From contig JBPQGU010000016.1 in the NCBI GenBank assembly GCA_051362555.1, positions 5,890,001-5,954,000 of the forward strand: a DNA stretch of 64,000 nt, in the 5' to 3' direction. The notes below the pieces were generated by a model. That model saw nothing but the letters and a program-made list of their open reading frames with translations. It ran no database searches and was not told the DNA's origin. The position numbers were made by a program, and so were the translations under genes. This DNA comes from Lingula anatina. Its lineage: Eukaryota; Animalia; Brachiopoda. This document shows, in pieces, positions 26,501-39,868 of this stretch. How positions within the stretch are numbered: the stretch's first letter is position 1; the number at the start of each line of letters is the position of its first letter.

Positions 26501-28704
26501 TGCTTTACTCCTGTATATTGTGTATGCGGATTTTGTTTTATTATGGTCACTATATACATATCTAATTTTTCTTTTTCTTTATTTATTGGAATGATTTGCA
26601 TGTTATAAAGTAATTATGTAATGGGTTTTCTTTTTTGTTTCTTTTTTTTTTTTTTTTTTGGGGGGGGGGGGGATTTCTACTCAAGGGAAATCTTCTACAA
26701 CCAGTTGCCACCCGAGTTTTGTAAACATAATTAGTGATTTATTTTTTTCACGTTTTTTTCTTACTTATCATTTCACTGGTTAATGTAACAGACCTCAGAA
26801 GACCCATAGTGTGTGTAAGCTGTCTGTCTATATATCTATCTGTCTGAAAGAGAGGGTTAGTGCTAGACACTGCTGGGTGATTCATTCCACTCCAGAGTTT
26901 CACACCATTGGAGTTGAGGTAGTGGCAATTTTTGCACCTGCTCACCCGTAGACTGGCTGGTGCATTCCGTATCCAGTTCCAGATCTTCAGCACAGACCTT
27001 CTCTCTCTCCATGGGGAACAGCAACAATCAGCAGCATTTTCACCTCATGCAGAAAATAAATAATACATTTTGTAATACATGGTGCTGTCAGAGAATTTGA
27101 CAGCCTCAATCCATCATGATACGGAGAAATCTAATATTTTTCGCCCAAAAAAATTCTGCAGAAGTAAGCATTATGGACCTCATCTAATTAAGCCCAAAAC
27201 AACAGGATGCCGTAAATTGGCAATTAAATTAAGCAGTAAGCTCCTAGGGTGTCAGGGAAGGTTTGCTGAGTGAGATGGAGAAAAAAATGGAGTAAAAAAA
27301 GTTTCTGTCTGTCTGCCTGTGCAAGAGCGGTGTTATGCTACCAGTTTTCCAGTTGTGTCCACAGGCAGTAGTAAGTTGTCGCCTGAAAGTTCCTGTAAGG
27401 ACCCAACCACTGATGTACTCTCGAGTGATTTCACTTGTTCTTATAAGACAGTGAAGTTGACATTTTGGATCTAAAGGTACAAATCTGTCTAACTCTGAGA
27501 TTTTCATTTTCTTTTGTTCCCCCTTGCCATTGGATCTTTACTCAAATTTTATGTATTTTCATTTTATTAAAAGGGAAAGAAACTACAGTGGGTTATACAT
27601 CATAACATAATTGCAAAAATATCATTAATTATGCATGCAACATTATTATATCCACCAAGTCACTTGTTGGGTTTTTTTTTTTCATCAGAAGAAGCGCCAT
27701 TTCCCTCTCAACATTTTGTTAAAAGCCCATTCACTTATAATTCTTTTTATCCTGTCTCCAGTGGATTCTGGGAAGATCCTTGAATATCTCGGATGTCAAG
27801 ATTTCTGTGAAGAGCCTGTCAATTAGCCAAGTAGCAGTTATTGTTGTCACTGTGCTTCTAAATGTTGCCTTTCTGCAATGATTGGGTGTTAGACTGGGTG
27901 TGAGTAGAGCAGGGGGGAAGTTGACAGGTATTGACACTCTTGTTTGATCTCTTTATAGCCAAGTGGTAATTAGGCCCCTTCTATGTCAGCCTACATCAAA
28001 AAGACTGACAGTTACTAACTACATTATGGCCTTAATTAGTGCTCCACTGGCACAACAAGAGTTTTTGCCTGTCATATTTGTATGCATGAGCTGTCAAAAA
28101 TTCCGTCTTGTCAGTCCAAAATTTCCATGTACTTAGTTAGAGAGGTTGTATTGTTTCTTTACCCAGCGCGCAGCCAATCATCAGTGACAAGTATTGGAGG
28201 AGAGCAACGCAGAATTGATAACCAAATGGCATTAAAGAACGGGAAGTTTTGAAAAGCGTTTGAACCAAAGCCAGTACTTTGGGTCCAATATCTACCATAT
28301 GGGAATACTATAACTGTGCAGGAATTTTTGTTTTATGATACTGATTAATTTTACATACTCATTAAAAAAGATATTTTTATATGAATTTATTTATTGATTG
28401 ATATATGATTGGAATTTTAATATTTGTTGATAACTTTTTATTTTAAATATAGTGATTCCTTCTTTGACATGGTATTTATTAGATGAAGATACTTTGGAAT
28501 TGAAACAAGCATTTATGTACAAAATTAGAAAGGATATAAAGCGGGTACACACCTCCCCAATCCCAACATTGTTATGTGACTTACATTTTAAAAAGCGTGT
28601 CTGTATTCTGATTCTGACATAAAAAAAAGATTCTGTGTGGTAGATAGTTTTGATGTATATACCTAACATACACTCATGATTAAATATATACATGTATATT
28701 TCAA

Positions 28705-28709
<5 letters not shown>

Positions 28710-28776
<67 letters not shown>
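28710..28776. repeat. compound (CT)n(AT)n microsatellite
   Basis: directly visible. Confidence 0.95.
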
Positions 28777-28778
<2 letters not shown>

Positions 28779-31730
28779 CTTGAGTTCAATCAGATTTATA
28801 TTTGTATAATCTTTCATATTGCACTTGCAATCACAATCTTATAAATGAAAATGGCGTACCTCCAATAACTGCTGCGCCTTCATAACCTCCCACACTTGTG
28901 GAAGTCGGCATTAACATTATGAAAAAAATCTCTAGGTGTCATGTTACTCCCTGTTCCTGAAGTTAACCAGTATTTTTCTATTATTTAAGATCCAGCTACC
29001 TTTTTTAAATGATTCCATGTGACATAAGCTGGTGTTTATTGTTGTTTTCTGTTGTATTGAAGTACACAGTGCTCAGCATCGTCTTATTGATGATAAATAA
29101 CTATTTCTGCCATTGTTTTTTATTCATGGTCTTTGGGTATTAAATTACAGTAAGTTTCATTTTTTCTTGTGCTGTAAAATATTATTTCCATATTTAGTGC
29201 AAAAGTTTACAAACCAGCTGTTTTGGAAGTTGAAAGGTATAATGATGTAAGGGTTGTGAAATACAGGTATTTGTAACATTTTATATCATCATTTTCTTTT
29301 TCATCCTTATAATACATTAATTTCTTACATTTGCGTGATCCATAACTAATCTCTTAATTACCTCTCATCTCAATAATCCCTTTCCTCATCCGCACAACTT
29401 TGTCAGTATTTGCATTAATCAAGTCATCTATTGTTCATTAAAACAAATGAAAACGGACAAACATTAATTGCATTTATAAGCATGGCATCAGGAAGGTGGG
29501 ACATTCTAACAGTTCATATTGAATTGCCATTAATTCAGACACACATTCATCCTTGGAAATGGAGTAAAATTATGGGGGCTCATTTGTTGCCAAATGATGT
29601 GAAATCATGACGGAGGGTTTTCTGATGAAGATTAATAATACCTTGCGCTAGGGATCGGAATATGATTGTTACCTAGACAACTGGAAGTTTATCAGTTATG
29701 TAGTCAAGGTGAAGGATTGGATGTGCTTTACATCATCTTATATCTGGTTCTGTCGAGGAATTGATATTTTTCTTGAGAAATAGTTTCAGTAAGAATATTA
29801 CTTTTCATTGATAAAAAAAGAAACATTTTACCAAAACAGTTTGGGTGTACTAGTCTGTCAAAAGTAATAGACTTTCATGAAAAGAGGTAATCATTTATAA
29901 AAAATTGCAGATTGGTAACAATAATATTAAATTTGATTAATGAAGATCAGAAAGTATTTAAAATGGACAGAAAATTGAAGATCATTCTATAGAATTGCCT
30001 ATTCTCTGATAGCAGTCCATGTGCTGTCTGGGATTGGCCATGCTAGGAAGAGACATAGGGTCATATCATTCTTCTTGATTTAAAAATCATTTGTCTGATA
30101 TTATTTTGATTCTAATTAGTCTCGTTGTGATGATCTGATCTTGATGACTTTCTAGAGGCTCTTGATTGCTCATTTTTTATCTGATCTACAAAATAAGAAT
30201 TCAGATGCTAGGGAATATGCTGTCTTTAACTCCTGGAAAGTGATTTAATGATTAACCAGCCTCACTTGAGTGATATCAGAAGAAATACTATAGATAGGTA
30301 GATATTTGTATTCTGTGCTGAATGTAGAATACTCTGAAAATGTGAAGGCATATTAATGAGAAAGGACAAAAATAACGTCATGAAATGATTCCTAGAAATG
30401 CATCTTTGGAGACTTAAAATTGTTTTATCTTCGATGAGATTACGCGTCTTCAGCATCAATGTTTGTTTTTGAAAGACATTTACTGAGATGATTTTTAAGG
30501 TTTCTGAAACCTTCTTCGTTACATCTTTGACTGTTTAGAGAAAGTTATAACAAGCTTAGTGTTCTAGAAACCCATGCCCTGAATTATTATCTCATTTTCA
30601 GTCTATTTTAAAGTAATGTTGTATTGACAGATGTTTACTTCTCTCTGCAGATGAAAAGAAAGCTACAACATGTCAATTCTGTGACTTAACCTTGATCAAG
30701 ATCATATTGTTTTTCTCTGCACAATTCTAATTATGAATTGTCTTTCCTTTCCTCTGAAGAATAAATTTGTATGGATTTGAAAATTCAGACACTACCCAAT
30801 TGCTTAACCAATGGAGTCTAGGGCTACTTGTCTGAACAAGTTAGGACCCCCCACCACCACTACCACCAGCCAAAGGTTAAGAAGTCCAGCTGCTTTATAT
30901 GAGAAAATTAATCAAGAAAAAGTACATTCTGAAAGGTCTGTTTTTTAATTGAAAAGGATGTTGATGTAGGCAGTATTAGGAAATTAGTCAAGATTGTAAC
31001 AAAGGAGAACTCTAGATGGAGTGTGATCTTAGATAGAGATTGTCATTTTAACCATCCAAATTCAAACACATTTCCACATATGCATAAACATGTGCCTGCC
31101 CTACCACAACATATGCACGCATGCATGCGTGTGCGCGCGTGCACACACACTCACACGCGTGCGCGCACACACACACACAGGGCACTTGCCCTATTATTCC
31201 TAGACAGTTACAACTACCAAAGAAAAAAAAGTTGGCCTTTTGCATGTATCCTAAATGAACAAAGCAACATATGAACTTATAGATCAAAGAAACTTCACTG
31301 GAATACAATTGAGACATTTAGAAGATTTCAGTTAGGTTTACCAGCTAATTAGATCTTGCTGAGGGGGTCTGGCTTTTTTTTCCTTCTTCCTGTCTCTGGG
31401 AAAATCAGATAGATAATCATACAATGTACATTTATAGCTCATATCCTTTGCAATTTTATTGATTCTATTTTGTTCTCCCCCCTCACAGGAGACCCATCAG
31501 AATGGAACATGAACCTTTGGCAATTTGCAAGATGGATATTTCTCTAGCAGTTTTGCTGATCATGCTCCCAGTTTGTCCATTATATTTTCCCCTGAAATGC
31601 ACACGCAATATTCATTGGAGTGATTCCTCATCACACTCCATTGGCACTTATATCAATTTCATGTTCCATTTCAATGGGCAGCAGAGACCAATCTCAGACC
31701 CACTGGAGGATGGGGGATAGGACGCCTCAG

Positions 31731-31735
<5 letters not shown>

Positions 31736-31766
<31 letters not shown>
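31736..31766. repeat. (AG)n microsatellite
   Basis: directly visible. Confidence 0.93.
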
Positions 31767-31771
<5 letters not shown>

Positions 31772-34700
31772 AAAGAAAAGCATAAGTTTTGGTATAGAGC
31801 TATATGGACAACAGTCTATAGGGTGTTGTTGACTTGTCACAAACAAAAAGATAAATAAAGAAAGGGACACAATACAAAAGCAGCATATTTCTTTATTTCT
31901 TAAGATGGGTTTCTGTGTAGAAGTTTGTCAGTTTGTCAGTTTGTCAGTCTCAGAGGCAACATTGAAGGTACTGTAGATGATCAGAGATTTTTAGCATTGC
32001 AATTCATTATTGAAAAAAAAAAGACTGAAGAAGAAATCAAGTTTTCCTAAATTATTGTTTGCATGAAATTTGTTATTTTCTTAAACTGTTGTAATTGTTT
32101 GATACAATGGATGCTTCCAACAGTAGGTGTTTTAAAAGTGTATCAAAAATGCAAAGCTTAGGTTTTGTTGCCACGTTTTTTTCCCTTTCTTTATTCTGTG
32201 CCATCCAGTTCTTTTAGTCTATACTCATTTTCTGCTGCTAATGGTTAGATGAGAAGAAAGGACCCAATGCCATTTCACTGTGTAACCAAATAGCCATCCA
32301 CAATAACAATAATTGATCTCTTTTCTTTCATCAAACCTGGGGAGGAAAAAAGGATGAACATAACTATTTAATTACACTTCTGCACTGCAATATCTGATGA
32401 TATTTAAACCACTATGTGCAAGCCTAAACCTATTGTTATTTTAGATCATTAGACTCTAATGACCAAATTTCAATATCCTGGCTGGAGAATTTATAGGATG
32501 ATAATGAAATAAAAGTAATCTCCCTTCGAACAATTGCATATGATCAAGAGTTATTATGGCCCAACGCCTCAATGGTTAACAAGGAAATTTGCCGCAGAAT
32601 GGCTGGAATTAAAACCTTCAAAGCTTTTTATTGCCCGTTTTCTTTTCCATTTTTATGCCAGATTGCTGTAAGTTGTTCAGAGACATTAGCTAGCAGCAGT
32701 GGCTTTCGTGATAGTGCCTATCTTGGTTGGAGATCTGTAGCCAGGCTGAGAAAGCACATGCTTCGTACCTTAACACAGAGAACAGCAAATCCTGTCTACT
32801 TAAGGGATGCAAATGGGTCATAATCTGCTATGGTCGTTTCATACTAACATACTTGAAAAAGACAGTAAATCATTCTGAAGAAAATAAACGAGACAGTCTT
32901 ACAAAAGCTGACACTGGCTTAACACTAGGGAAAGCCTGTAGGCACAGGAGAAGGGCTGGTCGTAGCATTAGTAGGGAAAGGAAGAAACACTGATGATCCA
33001 GTGACAGGCAGCTTTTCAGAGAGATTTATCCTATAATTACTGGTAGATTAATTAAGTTCATTACAATTCTTGGAAAAGTTGCCCAATAAAAAGATAATTG
33101 TTTGGTAATTGTAACAATTGAGGGATTTGTATGAGATCAATAAAACACAATTTATGGAGGGATTTGAAAGCAATTGTTATTATGTCATTATATTAGCATG
33201 AAAAATGTGTTTTGCTGCTGTGTATTTGTTTGTTCATTAATCTGCTAAAACTGAGAACCGCCTAATCACGATCTGTCCAAGGCCAACAAGCAAGTAGATA
33301 AAATCATGTTTTCAAAACATTCTTTTTCACATATTGTTTTTCATAAATACCAGTGCCATTTAGTTTTTTTTTAATAAAGTAATAATGTCTCATTTCAGAC
33401 TTTTCCAGTCTATCTAAATATTTGTCAATTATCTTTTATAACAACTTCATTTTTTATTTTTGCCCATAATTACCAACTCTGTTTGTTTTTTGAAAATAAA
33501 GTAATAATCTCTGATTTCAGACTATTTTTCCAGTGTCTGTCTAAATATTTGTCTGGTTCTGTAGTATAACCACTGTATCCCTGGGCCTTGCAGGCTAACA
33601 GCAGGTTTCTAATGGTGGGGAGATAATTTTAGAAATCCCTCAATTCCATCATGTATACTTTAATTAGATTAGAAATAAATGGACCAATGAGACTGATGCG
33701 CAGATTTTCTAGAGATCAGGTGAATGATAAAAAATACAGATTAGGGCTGATGTTAGGGATGCTGTCTGTACGTCTGTCTGACTAACTAGTTTTGATAATG
33801 TAGTTAAGGTGGTGTATGGCACTATTCTCTCTCCCTCACTCTCCCTCCCCTCTCTTTCTCTCTCTCATGTGGGTATCTTTTCACTGTCTCAGTTGATTTA
33901 CAAAGAAAAAATGTAAGGAGCACACTAACCATTAAAAGAATTATACTATTAAGATTTAACATGTCACAACAGTGCAAAAATTGTCAAAATCTTTCTGCAC
34001 ACTGTTTTAGCCGAGTCTGATCAATTTCACTGTATGGTGCACCCCAATAAGGCTGTAATTTCTTAACTGCCTTTCTTTAAAGTCTGCCCTGATGCTATTA
34101 TAGAGATTGAGTTGCATCTGACCAAGGATTTTGTTCAGGTTAGGAAAAGAAAGCCCAAATCTTGCACCAAAGGTCAGGGGGGAAGGCAAGTAATGAGCTG
34201 TTTGCAGGGTTCTGGAGGGAGCTGTGTGATGGCGGACAGGACTCAATGGCGCCAGCGCGCTTGGCAGTGGGCTGGCCTTTTATTTTGCAGGAGGTGTGGA
34301 GAAAATAGTTGAGGGTCTCACCTTCCATTCTCTGTTCTCTTTGAAACAAACTGTTGCTGTTATGTGTGAAAGTGAATGTTTACAAGGTTTAGGGTTCATC
34401 TCATTAGTAAGAATTGTTTTTATCACTGATTGTCAGTTTTGAATTCATTTGAAATGACCAATTTTGACAAAGAGAAATACTTGTATTTATTTTACAGTCT
34501 TTGGTGTCTTTCCTTGCTTATTATGGATTTTACAGAAAAACAGATGAGTAGGGACAAAGTTGTTCATGATTATACAACAGAACATTTCAAAAATAATAAA
34601 AAAAATATGGCTACAATATTTCTGGATAAAATTATCTCCAAACTGGTCTTAAACTTTTTTCAACTCAAAAGAAATGTTCTATTTTAGGCATTTGTTTACA

Positions 34701-36307
34701 AAGTAAAGAAAAAAGTACTAGTTTCCCTTCTTTCTCTTTCCTCTGTCTCTCTCCAGCATGTCTGTAGCCTACGCGGCAAGCAGCAAGTCTGTCTCTGAAA
34801 ACAAAATTCACACCGGTGTTGATGAAATACCTGCTGTTTAGAGGATTTTTTATAATTTTTGGAAGGAATTGAACATGCTTTGTGGTAATGACATCCTGCT
34901 GTGGTGGTGCCAGTACATGCAGTTTTTCATTATGCCCCTATTTATGCTCAATTTAGTTTGTGGAGGATTAGTTCCACTAAGAAAAACATTCACATAACAT
35001 TAGACTTTGCACACCCAATGGTGCCTTTGCACTGATGTTCTGAAATTAAATTTTGCTACAACTCTTGTCTTGCTTGAATTTCTGTCTAATACTAGGTAGA
35101 CTTCTGCCTAACCTTCTTCTCTTGGCATGGTGACCAAGTGCTGCCCCCTATTATCAGGAAAAATCCCCTTCACATCATGCCAGCCACAAGATGTTGGCCC
35201 AGTTAGGACTGTCATGTATTCATTAATAAAACAAATAAATTTCAAAATTCTGTACAGTCGGCTGCAAATGAGTAGCATGTGAAAGCGTCAGGTTTACCTT
35301 GTGTAGCTATATTGGTTTGATAAATCAAGCCTGCTAAGTACCGAGGCAAGCAGCTTGCTTAAATCTTGCCACTGCTCCATCCTGACAGGCTGAGTGCTAG
35401 CTACAAATCATTGTAGTCAGAAAATCACATTGCTTCAATCTATTCAACATTTATCTTGAGGGGGAAGTAGTGTGGACCACACAGTGAACTGGGGAAGGAA
35501 CTGATTTAACTCCAACTTTGCTACACACTCTCCTCATGAAGCCAGGGCAGGCCAGGCCCACACCTCAGCCAATTCAATTGATTATATACTGCTCCTCTCG
35601 GGCATACTCTGCATCAGGAGGCTACTGTCAATAACAACAAAAAATATACAACTTGTATTTTCTTGGTTGCACAGCTGTGAGGCAGTTGTATTCCCTCTTT
35701 AATTTGTTTCAATTGCTTGTGGCCAGTTTTAAGACTAGTTTTAAATACCTGATAATGTTGAAAGTTTTGGATTTTCTTTAATTTTTTTCCTATTGATTTT
35801 TTTTCATGTATACGCCAAACATTTATTAATGTGCATAAAGTTTTTATATCAGCATTAATAAAAGGGGGTTTACGAAAAGCCTATTTAATATGACAGATAG
35901 AGCTTTATATTTTACCTACATATTCTTATTATATATAACTTGAATTAACTTGTATTTTAATTTTGGATACTGTCAAATAAAAAGATTTTTGCTAGTTAAA
36001 AAGGCAAAGGTTTAAATAAATTTTCAGCTTTCATGAAAAAAAATGTTCTTAAAATTATTGGATAGATTTTTTAAAAAGCCCCAAACTTTACATTCTGATT
36101 ATTCACAAGTTACCCGATGATTTGTGAATTAATTTTTCAAGTGCAGAGTTTGTAATTTTTTCTCCCAACAAGATATACAAAGCAAAAGTGCAGGATAAAA
36201 AAAAAAAAGAAATGTCAAATGTCAGATGTTATGAATTCTTGGTCAGTGAAACGGTCAGATATAAATTGTGGTCACTTCATGCTCGGTCAGTGTCGTCCAA
36301 GTGAGGC

Positions 36308-36342
36308 CGGTTGCCCTGGACAACCGTGACATTGATTGATGG
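36308..36342 (+). promoter_or_regulatory. Candidate enhancer core: X-box-like palindrome, MEIS-like TGACAT and PBX-HOX TGATTGATGG
   Basis: cggttgccctggacaaccg tgacat tgattgatgg are contiguous. Confidence 0.4.
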
Positions 36343-38109
36343 GTGCGGACAATATATTGTTTTATTGAATAGTTAGCCTGTTAACCTCTGCAAGCTCTGT
36401 ATGCTGCTTAACAGCCTTATATTTTGAGTTATCAAATAATTTGTTTTTTCACAAAGCACACTATTAATTTTAACATGTTAGCAAGAAAGTAGAATTCTGG
36501 GTAATTATGTTTATGAGCTGCGTTTGTGTGAAGTACGAAGTAATTTAATGTGTTATGACATGCATTATTGTTTTAAAAAAATGTTCATACTTTGTGTACA
36601 AAAATGTTTGAAGTTAACACAGTTTTCTTTAAAAATACTAGTCTCTGTTCAATTTTAAACCTGGTGATCTTTTTGATCTAAAAAGGGGTGTGGCTAAATC
36701 CTGATATACTTGTCAAGAACAATAAATCCCCAGCCCTTGGACATGTTTGTTGTTTTGTGTAATGGTGGTTTCATAATCTGAGCTTATTTACGTGCACCTG
36801 GACACATCTAGATCTATATATAGGCATGCATATCTGTGCAAAAATCATTATGATTCTCCTGCTGCGATAGATAACATGTATAGGCACAGGTGCACAGCTT
36901 GTCTGCTTGTATACATACTCATAGAGGTACAGTGACTAGAGACTATAAACTACATGAAGGCATGTTTACAAATACAGACACAAACACATTAATTTTTACG
37001 CCCACACCTGACGCCTTCTGATCTTTTCACTGATTGATTTTTGTATCTGTTTAAGGAACTTTGTTGTGTGATGTACACAAGTAGACGTCACCTTGACTGG
37101 AAACTGTTCTCTTTATCGCACAATTTCCAGGAACTAATCAGGTTTTTCGAACATAAAAGTGATCGCAAAATTCCATGCCGATTTACTTTAAAGATAAACT
37201 TTTTATTCACTGAAGATATTATTCTATAAGAGCAGAAATAAGTGAAAGAATATGAGGGCATGTATATTCACATCCTTTACATATTACATCAACAGATAGG
37301 TGCTATTACTGATGTATTCCTAGTTGGTTATTTTAAGTACACACACACATACATTTACACTCCCCTGGCGCGGCCGATCATTTTACTGATAGATTTCAGC
37401 ATCAGTTATGAAGGGCCTTCCCGCGGTAACGAGGACGCATCTATATTGATCCTCCAAATTGTGCAAAATCACTAATGGTCCCTAATGATAGTCGTCAAGC
37501 TGCTACTAATGTAGCTGATCTATTCATACTGCAGATTGTTATGGAAATGCATCATTTGTTTTGCCCTTTAAGTAAGCAGGTTTAATGATTCTTACTCTTG
37601 CCTCCCTATCTTATCCATCATCATTACTACCCTCTTACTACAGGCACTGCTGGGTGGAATATTTAGTTTTACATGCTCTCCACTGGTTTTTTCTGCTCAA
37701 TTGAGCTTGCTGGGGAGTTATTTGTCACCTCCATAGAGGTGACAGCTTGACATTTATTATGAACTTAATGAATGTCAATTGCATTGTTTTGAATAAACTG
37801 TTGAAACAATACTGTTATTTTTTTTCTTAAAACCTTTTTAAAAGGGATTTTATATTTGCAGAGCATACAGTATACATGATTCGTATTCTATAAGATATTT
37901 TTTCATTTGTTTAAGCAATGAGACCAGGTGGAGACACTTAACTTTTTTTATTATGTTGAAATATATATCAACTAATTAATTTGTCTTGTCAAGCAGTAAC
38001 AGTGGTAAGATAATAGACACTAGCAAGGTTTATATAGTTGGTTAGTTATATCTTTATATTTTACTTATCAATCCTTTTTTAATAAAGCCTGACTTGGTTT
38101 TGTCTTCAG

Positions 38110-38168
38110 GTTTATCAACGCCAGGCGAAGGATAGTGCAACCTATGATTGACCAATCAAATCGTGCAG
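38110..38168 (+). CDS. Meis: Meis/homothorax exon: end of homeodomain (short form, GC donor); can extend in frame to a GT donor after 38246
   Basis: cttcag acceptor; (W)FINARRRIVQPMIDQSNRA(G); donor CAG|GCAAGT; second donor CAG|GTAAAA 78 nt downstream in the same phase. Confidence 0.93.
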
Positions 38169-39735
38169 GCAAGTCTCCTGTGGTTACGGTGTTCAAATCA
38201 CGGAGGCGTAAATCCTCATCCAGTATATCCCCTGGTCCTTCACCAGGTAAAACTTGTTTGGGAATGGTTGCCATAGCAACTTGGCCCCGTGAATGGTTGT
38301 CTGGCAACAAGAAGAATGTTATACCTGGTGAAGATCTGTCGTATCATTCCGGCCCACCTAGATGATGGAGACCATTATGGCCGCTCCTTCTGCCATGACA
38401 ATGGCTGACACTTTCCAATATCTTTTTCTCGCATGTGTGATCTAATCCCTATATCCTGGTCACTGTGTTATGAAGAAACTCAAATTTGGATGAAATGTGG
38501 AAAATTAAAATTGACTACCGAGATCTACATTTAAGGAAGTTTGCAAAATTTTCATGATTATCAACATTACATTGTAAAGTCATTTGACCTAATATTTTCA
38601 GAATTTGTTATCAAGGATAAGTGTTTTTCAACCCTTTCTGAAAATTTTTGTAAAATATGTATCAGAGAATTAATAGTATTGCCTGGCAGCTGGCACAGTG
38701 AGTTTCTTGATGCAAAATGGGACTTTTTTTTGGGGGGGGGGGGGGGGGGGGTGAAAAAAAGAAAAAAGGATTTGAGAAAATTGACCGACAACCTTTTCCT
38801 TTCTCTGACTTGTGTTCCCCATCTGCATGCTTCCTTGCCTCCTGTGATTTGAACACCTGTATACCGTGAGTATGTTCTAAGGAATGACAGCTACAGCCAT
38901 GCAGACATACATAGCACCCCCACACACATATCTCTCCTGGAGTGCACACTAGTGACACCTATAGTGTAGATCATCAGCTGCATCTTTATTGGAAAGCATG
39001 AGGAATAGTGGCACCTGATTTTGCAAGTTAGCACAGGCACATTAAGAAATAGACAGGATATTTGTTATTTTTCTGTCTTCTGAGTACTTATGTTGAGTGA
39101 TATTTCTGCAAACTTAATCTCTTTTGCACTCTTTGCACTCTGAATATGTTTTTGAAATGAAGTAAGGCAGAGAGAAGTGTTTACTTTTTGCAACCTGTGA
39201 CTTCCTGAATTTTGAAACTTTTGTGCTGTCATGTTACTTTCAAAAGTCTTTCAGTAAGACAAAAATAATAAAATAAACAGATGAATGATTATTTTAAAAT
39301 TGACTATTTCAAGTTCTCATTTGTTTGTTAAATTTTGACGCAAGACCAAAAAAAAAAGTATGATCCATTTGTAACACTGTACAATGATAGACAGTATGAT
39401 CATGTAAAAAAAAATTGATGTAATTGTTGAAAATCAGAGCCTAATCAAAATTTGTGTATCTGCAAGGAGTTATCAGAGAAAGTCAAAATCAGACAATTCA
39501 AGTGTTGCTGTGTTTAAAAACATCAAAAGTTAATTTTATAAACTTGAAATCTGAAATTTAAAACAAGCTACTGAATATACCAATATACCTTCCTTTAAAA
39601 AGGATTTGTTAAAGAAAGAAATGCAATGCCTAGAATTAGGACAGCTCAGTAGTAAATCTGGTCCCTCTGCTGTCTTCTCTCAGCATAGTTTATGCAAGTT
39701 GAACTTTTAGTTTGAGTTTCACTTTCACTTTCCAG

Positions 39736-39813
39736 GCCCCAGTGGTTATAGTCCAGATGGTGCTGGCATGGGATATCCCATGGAGAATCAGCAAATGCAC
39801 ATGAGACCACCAG
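39736..39813 (+). CDS. Meis: Meis/homothorax post-homeodomain exon
   Basis: ttccag acceptor, G|gtaag donor; GPSGYSPDGAGMGYPMENQQMHMRPP(G), resembling hth GPSGY...HRPPG and Meis YSPDG; phase 1-1. Confidence 0.9.
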
Positions 39814-39818
39814 GTAAG

Positions 39819-39820
<2 letters not shown>

Positions 39821-39868
<48 letters not shown>
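39821..39868. repeat. (TAT)n microsatellite just 3' of a Meis splice donor
   Basis: directly visible, starting 7 nt into the intron. Confidence 0.93.

Noticed and set aside
35315-35362. Possible pre-miRNA hairpin
   Set aside because: Only about 9 paired bases with a bulge; too short for a Drosha substrate.
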